64,000 nucleotides of DNA, from assembly GCA_027365525.1 (NCBI GenBank), contig DAHXMJ010000057.1, positions 9,730-73,729 of the forward strand. The letters run 5' to 3'. Below, one piece after another: positions 55,008 through 63,689 of the stretch (position 1 is its first letter; each line of letters begins with the position of its first letter). Under the pieces are notes generated by a model. That model was not told the origin of the DNA and did not search any database. It saw nothing but the letters and a program-made list of their open reading frames with translations. Source of the stretch: Acidithiobacillus sp. (lineage in GTDB: Bacteria; Pseudomonadota; Gammaproteobacteria; Acidithiobacillales; Acidithiobacillaceae). Both the position numbers and the translations under genes were made by a program.

Positions 55008-56897
55008 ATGGCAACTGCAGAACTGCAGGCGCAAGGGCGGGGCGATGTAGCGGAAAAAAGCTCTTTCCATATTGGAATGGTCTTTCCGATGGTTCGCGCG
55101 ACCCTGTGGGGTTTTATTGGGTACTATGCTGCGGCATGGATTACGGCCGCAATCATGGGACAGGTGCTGTTTGATCCTGCGCCAGTACTTTTTGGCTATC
55201 TCGGCGGGCTGACCGGATGGGTTATGGGCAGCGGGATCTGGGAGGGCTGGATCCGTCGGGGCTTCGGTGGCGCCGAAGCACCAGTGCTGACTGGGGTGGA
55301 TCGCTATTTCCGCTTCAGCCCTGACTCGAAGGCCACGGCAACCCGGTATGTGGTATTCAATATCATTTCATTCTTCTTTGCTGGAATGGCGGCAATGGCC
55401 ATTCGGGTGGAACTGCTGACCCCCGATTCGACAAGCTGGTGGATGTCAGAAATACATTACAACATGACATTCGGTATTCACGGGCTGATGATGCTCCTGT
55501 CCGTGGTGTCGTCAGTCATTGTTGCAGGGGCAGGCTACTACCTTCTCCCCTTGATGCTGGGCGTGCGGAATGTGGTATTCCCGAAACTTCTGGGCCTGAG
55601 CTGGTGGCTGGTACCCCCGGCGGTTGTGGCTACATTCATGAGCCCGCTGGTTGGTGGTTTCCAGACGGGATGGTGGGGATACCCGCCGCTGGCACAGAAC
55701 AGTGGCACGGGAATTATCCTGTATGGACTGGCAGCAGCTACACTGCTAACCAGTTCGGTACTTGGTGCTATCAATATTATCGGAACTATGGTCTACATGC
55801 GGGCTAGGGGAATGAGCCTTGGCCGCGTGCCGATCTTTATCTGGGGCCTTTGCGCAGCAGCTATCCTTTTGACCATCTATGCCCCGGCAACCTATACGGG
55901 CGTCATGATGGACATGTCTGATCTTGTTCTGGGGACGCACTTCTATACCGGCGCCACTGGCCATCCGGTGGGCTATATGGACCAGTTTTGGTGGCTGTTC
56001 CATCCTGAAGTATACGTTTTTGTTTTGCCGGCATTTGCAGTCTGGCTGGAAATTCTGTCTGCCGCATCAAGTCGTCCGCTGTTTGGTCGCAACTGGGCCA
56101 TTGCCGGGCTGCTTGGCGTTGTTCTCGTGGCTGCCTTTGTTGGTGTCCACCACTACTTCACTGCAGTAAGCCCAGCACGTTTCCCAATTTTCATGACATT
56201 GACCGAGACTGTCTCGGTGCCAACAGGGTTCGTCTATCTCTCTGCTCTCGGCACAATGTGGGGCGGACGGTTACGGATCAACGCTGCTGTTCTTCTTGTT
56301 CTGATGGGAATGATCAACTTCCTTGTAGGTGGGCTGACAGGTATCTTCAATGCGGACGTGCCAGCGGACTTGCAGCTGCACAACACCTATTGGGTGGTGG
56401 GACACTTCCACTACACAATGCTGGGCACCGTCATCTTTACCTGGCTGGCTGCGCTGTACTGGTGGTTCCCGAAGGTAACTGGGCGGATGATCAACGAGTT
56501 TTGGGGCAAGTTCCACGCCTGGTGGTTCTTCATCTTCTTCAACTGCACATTCTTCCCGTTCTTCATTATGGGCATTGAAGGAATGAACAGGCGCGTTGCG
56601 GTATATATGCCCTACCTCCAGCCGATCAATGATTTTTCCTCAATTTCTTCGTTCCTGCTGGGGGCTGGTTTTCTGATACCTCTGGCCAATCTTTTCTTCA
56701 GCTGGCGGAACGGTAAAAAAGCCCCGGAAAACCCATGGAGAGCAAAGACTCTCGAGTGGCATACGGCATCGCCAACTCCTTACAAGGTATTCCCCGAGGG
56801 CATGGAACCGGTAGTTGTTCACAGATTCGATGACTATTCGGAAGGTTCCCCCGACCCAGTAGCATGGGACAAAACCGGCGCCGGCGAAAGCCGATAA
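55008..56897 (+). CDS. coxA: Heme-copper oxidase subunit I (aa3 type, A. ferrooxidans CoxA-like)
   Basis: IHGLMM, GWWGYPPL, HPEVY, VHHYF, HNTYWVVGHFHY, GMNRR; all six His ligands present. Confidence 0.97.
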   Translation: MATAELQAQGRGDVAEKSSFHIGMVFPMVRATLWGFIGYYAAAWITAAIMGQVLFDPAPVLFGYLGGLTGWVMGSGIWEGWIRRGFGGAEAPVLTGVDRYFRFSPDSKATATRYVVFNIISFFFAGMAAMAIRVELLTPDSTSWWMSEIHYNMTFGIHGLMMLLSVVSSVIVAGAGYYLLPLMLGVRNVVFPKLLGLSWWLVPPAVVATFMSPLVGGFQTGWWGYPPLAQNSGTGIILYGLAAATLLTSSVLGAINIIGTMVYMRARGMSLGRVPIFIWGLCAAAILLTIYAPATYTGVMMDMSDLVLGTHFYTGATGHPVGYMDQFWWLFHPEVYVFVLPAFAVWLEILSAASSRPLFGRNWAIAGLLGVVLVAAFVGVHHYFTAVSPARFPIFMTLTETVSVPTGFVYLSALGTMWGGRLRINAAVLLVLMGMINFLVGGLTGIFNADVPADLQLHNTYWVVGHFHYTMLGTVIFTWLAALYWWFPKVTGRMINEFWGKFHAWWFFIFFNCTFFPFFIMGIEGMNRRVAVYMPYLQPINDFSSISSFLLGAGFLIPLANLFFSWRNGKKAPENPWRAKTLEWHTASPTPYKVFPEGMEPVVVHRFDDYSEGSPDPVAWDKTGAGESR

Positions 56898-56913
56898 GAG
56901 GAGTAGCAAGTTT

Positions 56914-57477
56914 ATGGCCACGCAAAGTAACGAATATTCCTCGCTGATGGACCCCGCCTCTGAGCGGGCCAAGCGAGGAGCGTTTGTCTTCTTCATGCTG
57001 TTTAACTTTATTTTGTTTGCTGCGTTCCTGATGGAACGCTGGATGTACGGTGGTTACGGGCATGCTCCTGCGGCCCTGAATACTGGGCTTGGTGCAGGAA
57101 TGCTTGTAATTGTGCTCCTCAGCATCGTGCTGACGGTGATGACGCGCAAACGGCTTGATGCTGGTGACGACACGGGAGCAACTGGCAACCTTGCACTGCT
57201 TATGCTGGCTCCTATCCTGTTGATTGTCGGAACTGTATATAGCTGGACAGAGCTGCCCATTGGCAGCCCTTTCGGCGGGGTTTTTGATCTCAATGGCATC
57301 TGGTTTGTGCTTCAGTTTGCCCTTACAGCTTTGGCCATACTGGCATCCTTTCTTAAGGGTAAACGGGCGCCAGAGAGGGCAAAGCGCGAGCGCTGGGTGG
57401 TGTATAACGTCACCAGTTACTGGCTGATGCTGGCCGTACTCTGGGTAGGATTTTTCCTGGATTATTACGTGGCGTAA
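56914..57477 (+). CDS. coxC: Cytochrome c oxidase subunit III (short form)
   Basis: About five TM helices, SYW..LAVLW ending; follows coxA. Confidence 0.85.
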   Translation: MATQSNEYSSLMDPASERAKRGAFVFFMLFNFILFAAFLMERWMYGGYGHAPAALNTGLGAGMLVIVLLSIVLTVMTRKRLDAGDDTGATGNLALLMLAPILLIVGTVYSWTELPIGSPFGGVFDLNGIWFVLQFALTALAILASFLKGKRAPERAKRERWVVYNVTSYWLMLAVLWVGFFLDYYVA

Positions 57478-57515
57478 TCACGGGTAAGAAAGGATTAAGA
57501 AAGGAGGGTTGGTTT

Positions 57516-57701
57516 ATGATGGGCCATATGGTTTTTTATGTACCTTCCGGTGCCGACACGCCCGTGTGGTGGTGGCTGATGGGATTTCTTGGGTTTCCGA
57601 TTATGTCCCAGAGCTTCTTCTACTGGTGGTTTCTGAAAGAGGCAGGGAAAGAGGATCGTCTCCGCATACTCTCTCAGGACGGCAAAGCTTCCGATGAGTA
57701 A
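57516..57701 (+). CDS. coxD: Cytochrome c oxidase subunit IV
   Basis: 61-aa Trp-rich single-TM protein, AAGGAGG RBS, follows coxC as in the rus operon. Confidence 0.8.
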   Translation: MMGHMVFYVPSGADTPVWWWLMGFLGFPIMSQSFFYWWFLKEAGKEDRLRILSQDGKASDE

Positions 57702-58232
57702 AGCAGGTCCTGTCTGGACAATCTGTTAGGGATTGCCAGTCAGGGCAGCATGGAAACGCCCGAAGGATGTAGATTCTCCACCCAAGGGAGAAAGAGGCGT
57801 TTCCATACATAATCAGCGCTTGGGTACGGCAGTTCTCTGCGGAGATCCTTCGACTGTGCCGATTGCGGCAAAGCCAGGAATGGTTGAAGAAAGCGTAGAA
57901 AGATACCCGGTATGATTTGGAGGTGCAGTATGGAAGCAGGGCAGCAGGAAACAGTAGATGAAGATCTGGATGGCACTACCAACGGGCGGTTTGTACTGCT
58001 GCTCTGGGCAATATGGTCTGTCATCTTCTTGGGCGGTTACTATTTTGCTGTAAAATTGACCACCTGATGTAGAGTAAAAATTTTGCGTGCGCTGGTTCAG
58101 GTATGTATTGGCACGCAAGGGACATGCGCTTCGGGCCTGTAGGCACGGAGGCATGGTAAGGGAGGCAGACAGTGTATAATGCTACTGTCGGCGAAATTAG
58201 AGAAACCGTAAAAGGAAGTATGAGGAGAGGAT

Positions 58233-58799
58233 ATGGAAATGCACAATCCGATGGTTGTTAAGGCCGGCCGTGGCGCAGCAGGAATAGCCGCTCTGGTAAT
58301 GGGGGCAGTATTTGGGATCAGCACTGCAAATGCAGCTGCTCTTGATACTACATACAAGACTGCCAACCCTGGCCAGGTAAAAAAGCTGCTTGGTGAGGAC
58401 TCAGGTAAGGTTAGCGGCAAGAATGTTGTGTATAGTGGCAAGACTGTACACGTTGTTGCTGCAATGGTTCTGCCCGGATTCCCGTTTCCAAGCTTCGAAG
58501 TTCACGACAAAAAGGATCCGACACTCGTAATCCCGGCTGGCGCGACCGTCGATTTCACCGTGATCAACACTAACAAGGGTTTTAGCCACAGCTTCCAAAT
58601 CACGACACTTAAGCCGCCTTTCCCAGTTATGCCGAAGATTACACCGGTTGCTGGTACGGGTTTCATCCCCCAGGTTGCCGGTGGTACTTTTCATTATGCA
58701 ACGTTCACCTGGACGCCTAAGGCCGGTACTTACCACTACATCTGCACCATTCCTGGCCACGCCGCAACTGGCATGAACGGTGAAATTGTAGTCAAATAA
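58233..58799 (+). CDS. rus: Rusticyanin (blue copper protein)
   Basis: Signal peptide; YSGKTVHVVAA.VLPGFPFPSFEVHDKK.PTL.IPAGATVD, NTNKGFSHSF, CTIPGHAATGM Cu ligands. Confidence 0.97.
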   Translation: MEMHNPMVVKAGRGAAGIAALVMGAVFGISTANAAALDTTYKTANPGQVKKLLGEDSGKVSGKNVVYSGKTVHVVAAMVLPGFPFPSFEVHDKKDPTLVIPAGATVDFTVINTNKGFSHSFQITTLKPPFPVMPKITPVAGTGFIPQVAGGTFHYATFTWTPKAGTYHYICTIPGHAATGMNGEIVVK

Positions 58800-58855
58800 A
58801 ACAGAATACAGCAGCAGCCAAGGTCTCCTTCATAGGGGATCACGTTGTAGGCTTT

Positions 58856-58890
58856 AAAGGGTGGGATCCGTTCAAGGTTCCCGCCCTTTC
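58856..58890 (+). terminator. Putative terminator after rus
   Basis: AAAGGGTGGGA...TCCCGCCCTTT hairpin. Confidence 0.65.
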
Positions 58891-59352
58891 TATATATCAA
58901 GAGGCTTTTGCAGCTCCTGCGGAAAACTGAATGGGTTGATATAGATACTGCTATCCGGCCTTATGGCGGGGTCTTGTGGTGTCCTGAAAGGTATTAGTGC
59001 GCGTGCGCTAATTTGCCCATCGGTGCTTTCAGCTTGCCGCCGGGTGCTTTTCGTACCGCTATAACCTTCAATTACACCATCGGTAGCCTTGCTTCCTGCA
59101 AAGTCAAGAATTTTACCGCGTGCGACAACTAATAGCTTGGTTTAAAAGGAATAATTTCGTTTATCGGTCGAACCCGTCACCGCTACCAAGTGGCCTGATG
59201 CCAAGAATTGGGGGGCTGGGAATCAGGGAAAAACCGGTAGATAATACTTCCTATGAATTTTGTGATAGTACTTTCGCTCGGTTTCATCACCGGGAGTACT
59301 TCCGTTAATCGCACGTTTTCCGGTGGGTAGGCGCGGCAGGAGATTATTGGCC

Positions 59353-60369
59353 ATGGGAAAATCAGTTGAGCAGTATGACGGGATGTGGATGGGGCTGGCC
59401 CGCCGGTGGAAGAGTGCCATACCGGTGGCACTGGCTATCATTCTGCTTTGTGGGTTTGGATATGGTGCTGCTGCTGCTGCTGGTGGTGGTGCTCATACCA
59501 CAGTGGCGCAGTTTCTGCTGTGGGACTGGAACCCAGTTCCATGGCTAGGCGGAATTGCTACCTTGGCCTATTATTACTACCAGTACGACCGCTACCAGGC
59601 CAACCAGAAGCAGCTGATTCTATGGCGACCGTGGATGGTTTGGTCATTTACGGCGGGCGTACTGAGCATGCTGCTGCTCTGGGAGTCACCCCTCAACATT
59701 CTGGCTCCACAATCCATGGCAGCTTACACCCTGAAACTTATGGGACCTTTTGAAATTCCAGCGCCACTGATCGCTTTAGGAATCCCATTTGCCATTATCC
59801 AGTACGAAAAAAAGCGCGGGATAGTGTGGAAGCTGATTGAGCTTGTTCACCAGCCGTTTGTGAGTGGTGCAATGCTGCTCACGCTGTTGGTTCTTTGGGG
59901 CATGGGCGATCAGATGAAAAAGGGGCTGGACAGTTCTGTGGTCTTTACCCTTCTTCCTGCGGCATACTTTGTTACAGGAATAGTAGTTTGGCTTCAATCT
60001 CTCCATGCATTTCCCAAATGGGCAAGCTTCCGTCACCCGCTTGTTAAAATGGGGTATGTCTGGATGATGGAAACGGTCATGATGGCAATGGGATCCATCT
60101 GGTTTTGGGCCAAGACAAGCATGAACCCGATTCATGTTCCGCATTTCCTGTGGGGAATGACCCCCATGTATGATCAGCGGATGGCAGGCCTTGTAATGAT
60201 CTCGCTTGCTTTGCCGACCATGAGCCTCGTATTTTGGCATTTCTGGGAGTGGCTAGAAACTATTTTACGCGAACCGGAATCTGAAGTGATCCATGCTGCA
60301 GAGCGTTTTCTTGACCGTAGAGCAATTCGGGTAGAAGCGGCGCAAAAAGTAGAAAGCAATCTGACTTGA
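59353..60369 (+). CDS. Divergent caa3-type CtaG-like cytochrome c oxidase assembly membrane protein
   Basis: W.W.P.PW, WSFTAG...LLWESPL, APLIALG, DQRMAGLVM pattern of the Caa3_CtaG family; located next to cox/rus. Confidence 0.65.
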   Translation: MGKSVEQYDGMWMGLARRWKSAIPVALAIILLCGFGYGAAAAAGGGAHTTVAQFLLWDWNPVPWLGGIATLAYYYYQYDRYQANQKQLILWRPWMVWSFTAGVLSMLLLWESPLNILAPQSMAAYTLKLMGPFEIPAPLIALGIPFAIIQYEKKRGIVWKLIELVHQPFVSGAMLLTLLVLWGMGDQMKKGLDSSVVFTLLPAAYFVTGIVVWLQSLHAFPKWASFRHPLVKMGYVWMMETVMMAMGSIWFWAKTSMNPIHVPHFLWGMTPMYDQRMAGLVMISLALPTMSLVFWHFWEWLETILREPESEVIHAAERFLDRRAIRVEAAQKVESNLT

Positions 60370-61011
60370 CCCAAGTATCCATCAAGAACAGCAGTGAATC
60401 CTGTTTTCTGAATGCGCTGCACACTGGTGGCTGATGCTGGCGTGGATTTTACCTCCTGCCGATTTGGGGTGGGTGCAGCGATCACTGAAGCCGTAGCCAA
60501 CTATCGCGTAATACACGCTGTTGGCTGCCACCTTCGTGCCTTTACCTTCCTCGCCACATGGCGCAGAACCATTCGCGATGGCACGACAAACGGGCAGGCC
60601 GGGCGCTGGGAGATCATACTTACTCCTTAATAGAGCGGCTGATGGGGCAATCCAGAGCATGCCGATATTCCCGAATCCTGCGGACCACAGCGGGATGATC
60701 AAGGCTGAAATCTGAGAATGCCTCGCACAGCATAGCAGGAAAAGACCACATTTCTGTCCCGGATGACTTGACCATGAATACTGTCTCCGCTGAAAGCACA
60801 CAACAGCATGTGTCCTAAGCTGCAAGGGAAAAACTAGGCGTTAAGTCCCTTCTAGCTGTCCAACCCAAGTGGACACCTCAGCACTACAGGTGTGAAGGCA
60901 GAAGGGATGGAGTGCTGCTAACAGCATACTGATGCAAAAAGGGTCTGGCCAAACTTCTACCTGCCTTGGCTGGCCGCCTAAAACTACATGTCGGCTATCT
61001 GTGGCGTTACC

Positions 61012-61656
61012 CTAAACCGTGGTTCTAATCTTCTTTTCTGGCCAGCCACAGCAATATTGCAGCGGGCATATTCCGCAGTGTGGTTTTTTAGCGGTGCAGG
61101 TATAGCGGCCATGCAGGATCAGTAGGTGATGTGCGTCCATAACGTATTCAGCAGGGACGACAGACAGCAGCTTTTTTTCGACTTCCAGTGGCGTTTTCCC
61201 GGGCGCCATACCGGTCCGGTTGGCAACACGAAAAATATGTGTGTCTACTGCAATAGTTTTTTCCCCAAACAGGGTATTGAGGATAACGTTTGCGGTTTTC
61301 CGGCCTACACCGGGAAGTTTTTCAAGGGATGCACGGTTCTTTGGAACGTTGCCAGAATATTCCTGGAGCAGCTGCCCGGAAAGGGCGTGAACATGTCGAG
61401 CCTTTGCGTTGAAGAGGCCCAGACGTCGAATATGGGAGCGGATGCCTTCCTCTCCCAGTTCCCACATGCCCCTGGCATCTGGTGCTTCCGCAAACAGCGT
61501 AGAGGTACATTGGTTGACAGATTTGTCGGTACTTTGCGCAGATAGAACGACGGCCACTAGAAGCTGGAATGGGGTAGAGTAGTGAAGTTCAGTTTTGGGA
61601 TTGGGGATAGCGCTGCGCAGGGCAGAAAAACACTCTCTTACGTTTTCGGCATCCAT
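61012..61656 (-). CDS. nth: Endonuclease III
   Basis: LLVAVVLSAQSTD, HhH LPGVGRKTANV, VDTHIFRV, C-x6-C-x2-C-x5-C Fe-S motif. Confidence 0.98.
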   Translation of the reverse strand: MDAENVRECFSALRSAIPNPKTELHYSTPFQLLVAVVLSAQSTDKSVNQCTSTLFAEAPDARGMWELGEEGIRSHIRRLGLFNAKARHVHALSGQLLQEYSGNVPKNRASLEKLPGVGRKTANVILNTLFGEKTIAVDTHIFRVANRTGMAPGKTPLEVEKKLLSVVPAEYVMDAHHLLILHGRYTCTAKKPHCGICPLQYCCGWPEKKIRTTV

Positions 61657-61750
61657 ATTTTTATTCCGGTAGACGGGCGCAAACGCCATATCTGCTGCAG
61701 AATGGCTGCGAAAAATAAACGGGAGCTAATGTTACCTCCCAAGCCCGTTC

Positions 61751-62173
61751 CTAGACGTGGCGGTAACGGCCGATTTCCGGCACTTCCGGCCGGGGGTGGG
61801 CAGCAGCGGCAAAATTGGCCTCCTCAATCCAGATGCGGTGTTCGTGTTCCAGTGCATGGAGGGCGTCCACATCAAGTTTGGGCAGGATATTGCCCTTGAC
61901 GAATTCACCCAGGTCCAGAAGCCGGGTTGCTATAGCATATCCGTGAAGATGGAAATCGTAGCCGGCATGCGTGCCAAAATGGAACGGCCCTGCAGCAAAA
62001 AGCACCCCTTTTGCTGCCCTCAGGTCACTGTCGTTCATAACAAAATTTTTGGTCCACCCATACCAGCGCTCGAAGTATTTTCCCTGGGCTTCAGGATTCC
62101 AGTTATGGGCCTCAAAAAAGGCATAGACCGAGACACGGTTGGCTTTACCAGAAAAAGGGAAATGACCTGCCAT
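61751..62173 (-). CDS. Hypothetical protein (His- and aromatic-rich)
   Basis: AAGGAG RBS, same strand as neighbours, natural composition; no family recognised. Confidence 0.8.
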   Translation of the reverse strand: MAGHFPFSGKANRVSVYAFFEAHNWNPEAQGKYFERWYGWTKNFVMNDSDLRAAKGVLFAAGPFHFGTHAGYDFHLHGYAIATRLLDLGEFVKGNILPKLDVDALHALEHEHRIWIEEANFAAAAHPRPEVPEIGRYRHV

Positions 62174-62243
62174 GCTTGACTCCTTTTGGTACTATTGATT
62201 CCGAAAGTGCAAATCTGTTCTTTTTCCAGGATAACAAATATTT

Positions 62244-63641
62244 TTAGAGGGAAAAATGTTCTCCAATGACTGGGGAATGTACGGTCAGTCCTCTTTGTCT
62301 CAGAATCTTAGCGATTCCTTCGCGGCCATTGTTTTCGCCATGGACTAGGAAAGTGTGTTCGGGCTTTTGTGTACTGCCATACCAGGCTAGCAGTTCATCG
62401 TGATCCGCATGTGCTGAAAATCCACCGATTGTAAAAATGCTTGCCGTTACACGGATTTCCTCACCAAATATGCGTATTTTTTTATTTCCGTCAATAATCT
62501 GCCGGGCTAGGGTCCCTTTGGCTGCATATCCGACGAAAATCACACTGCTATCCGTACGCCATAGATTGTGCCGGAGGTGATGGGTAACCCGTCCACCGCT
62601 GGCCATGCCGGAACCGGCCATGATGATGGCCCCTCCCTTGATCTGGTTAATTCCCATGGACTCGGAAGTGTCACGGGTAAAGTGCAGGTTGGGGAGACCA
62701 AAAGGATCTGTGCCTTGTGCAAAAAGGTCATGGGTGCTGCGATTGAAGCACTCGGGATGACGGCGGAAAATTTCCGTGGCTGAAATGGCCATGGGGGAAT
62801 CCAGAAAAACGGGCAGATGCGCAGGCAGTTCACTTTTCTCCATGAGTTCCCGGAGAAAAAACAGCAGATCCTGGGCCCGCTCAAGAGCAAATGTTGGAAT
62901 GATGACGTTTCCTCCCCTGCCCAAGGTATCCAGGATGGCATCCCTTAATTCAGATACTGACGGCCCCATGGCTTTGTGAAGGCGGTCTCCATAAGTGGTT
63001 TCCATGACCACTATGTCGGAGGCTGGTGCAGGGGTAGGGGGGTTGATGATCGGTTTCCCTGCATTCCCAAGATCGCCGGAGAAGACTATCCGCCGGGTAG
63101 CGAGGCTGCTTTCTTCCCGGATTTCCAGGAGAATCCACGCTGAACCCAGAATATGCCCGGCATCCCCGAAAGTAACGGCAATTTCTTCAGACAGCGCCAA
63201 GCGAGCATCGTAGTCTGGCTGCCGTCCAAAGCGGTCCATAGCATCTAGAACATCCTGGACATCGTAGAGAGGCTCGCGGGGTTTTTCACCTTTTCGGATT
63301 CCCCGGCGGTTTGCCCGTTTTGCCTCTTCAACTGCCAGTCCTGCAGAATCAAGCATGACCAGTCGTGCCAGATCCCGGGTGGCAGACGTACAAATGATTT
63401 CGCCCCGGAAACCACGTTTGACCAGTAGCGGTATTCGCCCACAGTGGTCGAGATGGGCATGGGTCAGAAGCAGATAGTCAATTTTGGATGGGTCAAACCC
63501 GAAATCGGCGGCATTTTCCTCGGCCATGTCCCGCTCTCCCTGGAACGCACCGCAGTCCACCAGAAGTTGCGTTTTTTTTGTGCGCAGATGGTGGCAGGAG
63601 CCGGTGACTCCTCCCGCTGCTCCATAAAATGAGATTTCCAT
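62244..63641 (-). CDS. Metallo-beta-lactamase / beta-CASP RNA-processing nuclease
   Basis: THAHLDHCG, AGHILGS, FSGDLG, ETTYGDR, GFSAHAD, VHGE. Confidence 0.94.
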   Translation of the reverse strand: MEISFYGAAGGVTGSCHHLRTKKTQLLVDCGAFQGERDMAEENAADFGFDPSKIDYLLLTHAHLDHCGRIPLLVKRGFRGEIICTSATRDLARLVMLDSAGLAVEEAKRANRRGIRKGEKPREPLYDVQDVLDAMDRFGRQPDYDARLALSEEIAVTFGDAGHILGSAWILLEIREESSLATRRIVFSGDLGNAGKPIINPPTPAPASDIVVMETTYGDRLHKAMGPSVSELRDAILDTLGRGGNVIIPTFALERAQDLLFFLRELMEKSELPAHLPVFLDSPMAISATEIFRRHPECFNRSTHDLFAQGTDPFGLPNLHFTRDTSESMGINQIKGGAIIMAGSGMASGGRVTHHLRHNLWRTDSSVIFVGYAAKGTLARQIIDGNKKIRIFGEEIRVTASIFTIGGFSAHADHDELLAWYGSTQKPEHTFLVHGENNGREGIAKILRQRGLTVHSPVIGEHFSL

Positions 63642-63689
63642 GCCGATGTCTCCTTTCTGGTTCTTGCGCGTTAATATTTTCAAATGCAG

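Noticed and set aside
58108-58127. Sigma54 promoter upstream of rus (TGGCAC)
   Set aside because: The -12 TTGC element is not at the required spacing.
59461-59492. (GCT)n(GGT)n triplet run as a contingency repeat
   Set aside because: It is in-frame and encodes an AAAAAGGG linker, so it cannot phase-shift the gene.
61757-62179. 140-aa + strand ORF
   Set aside because: It is the antisense shadow of the minus-strand gene, which has the RBS and operon orientation.
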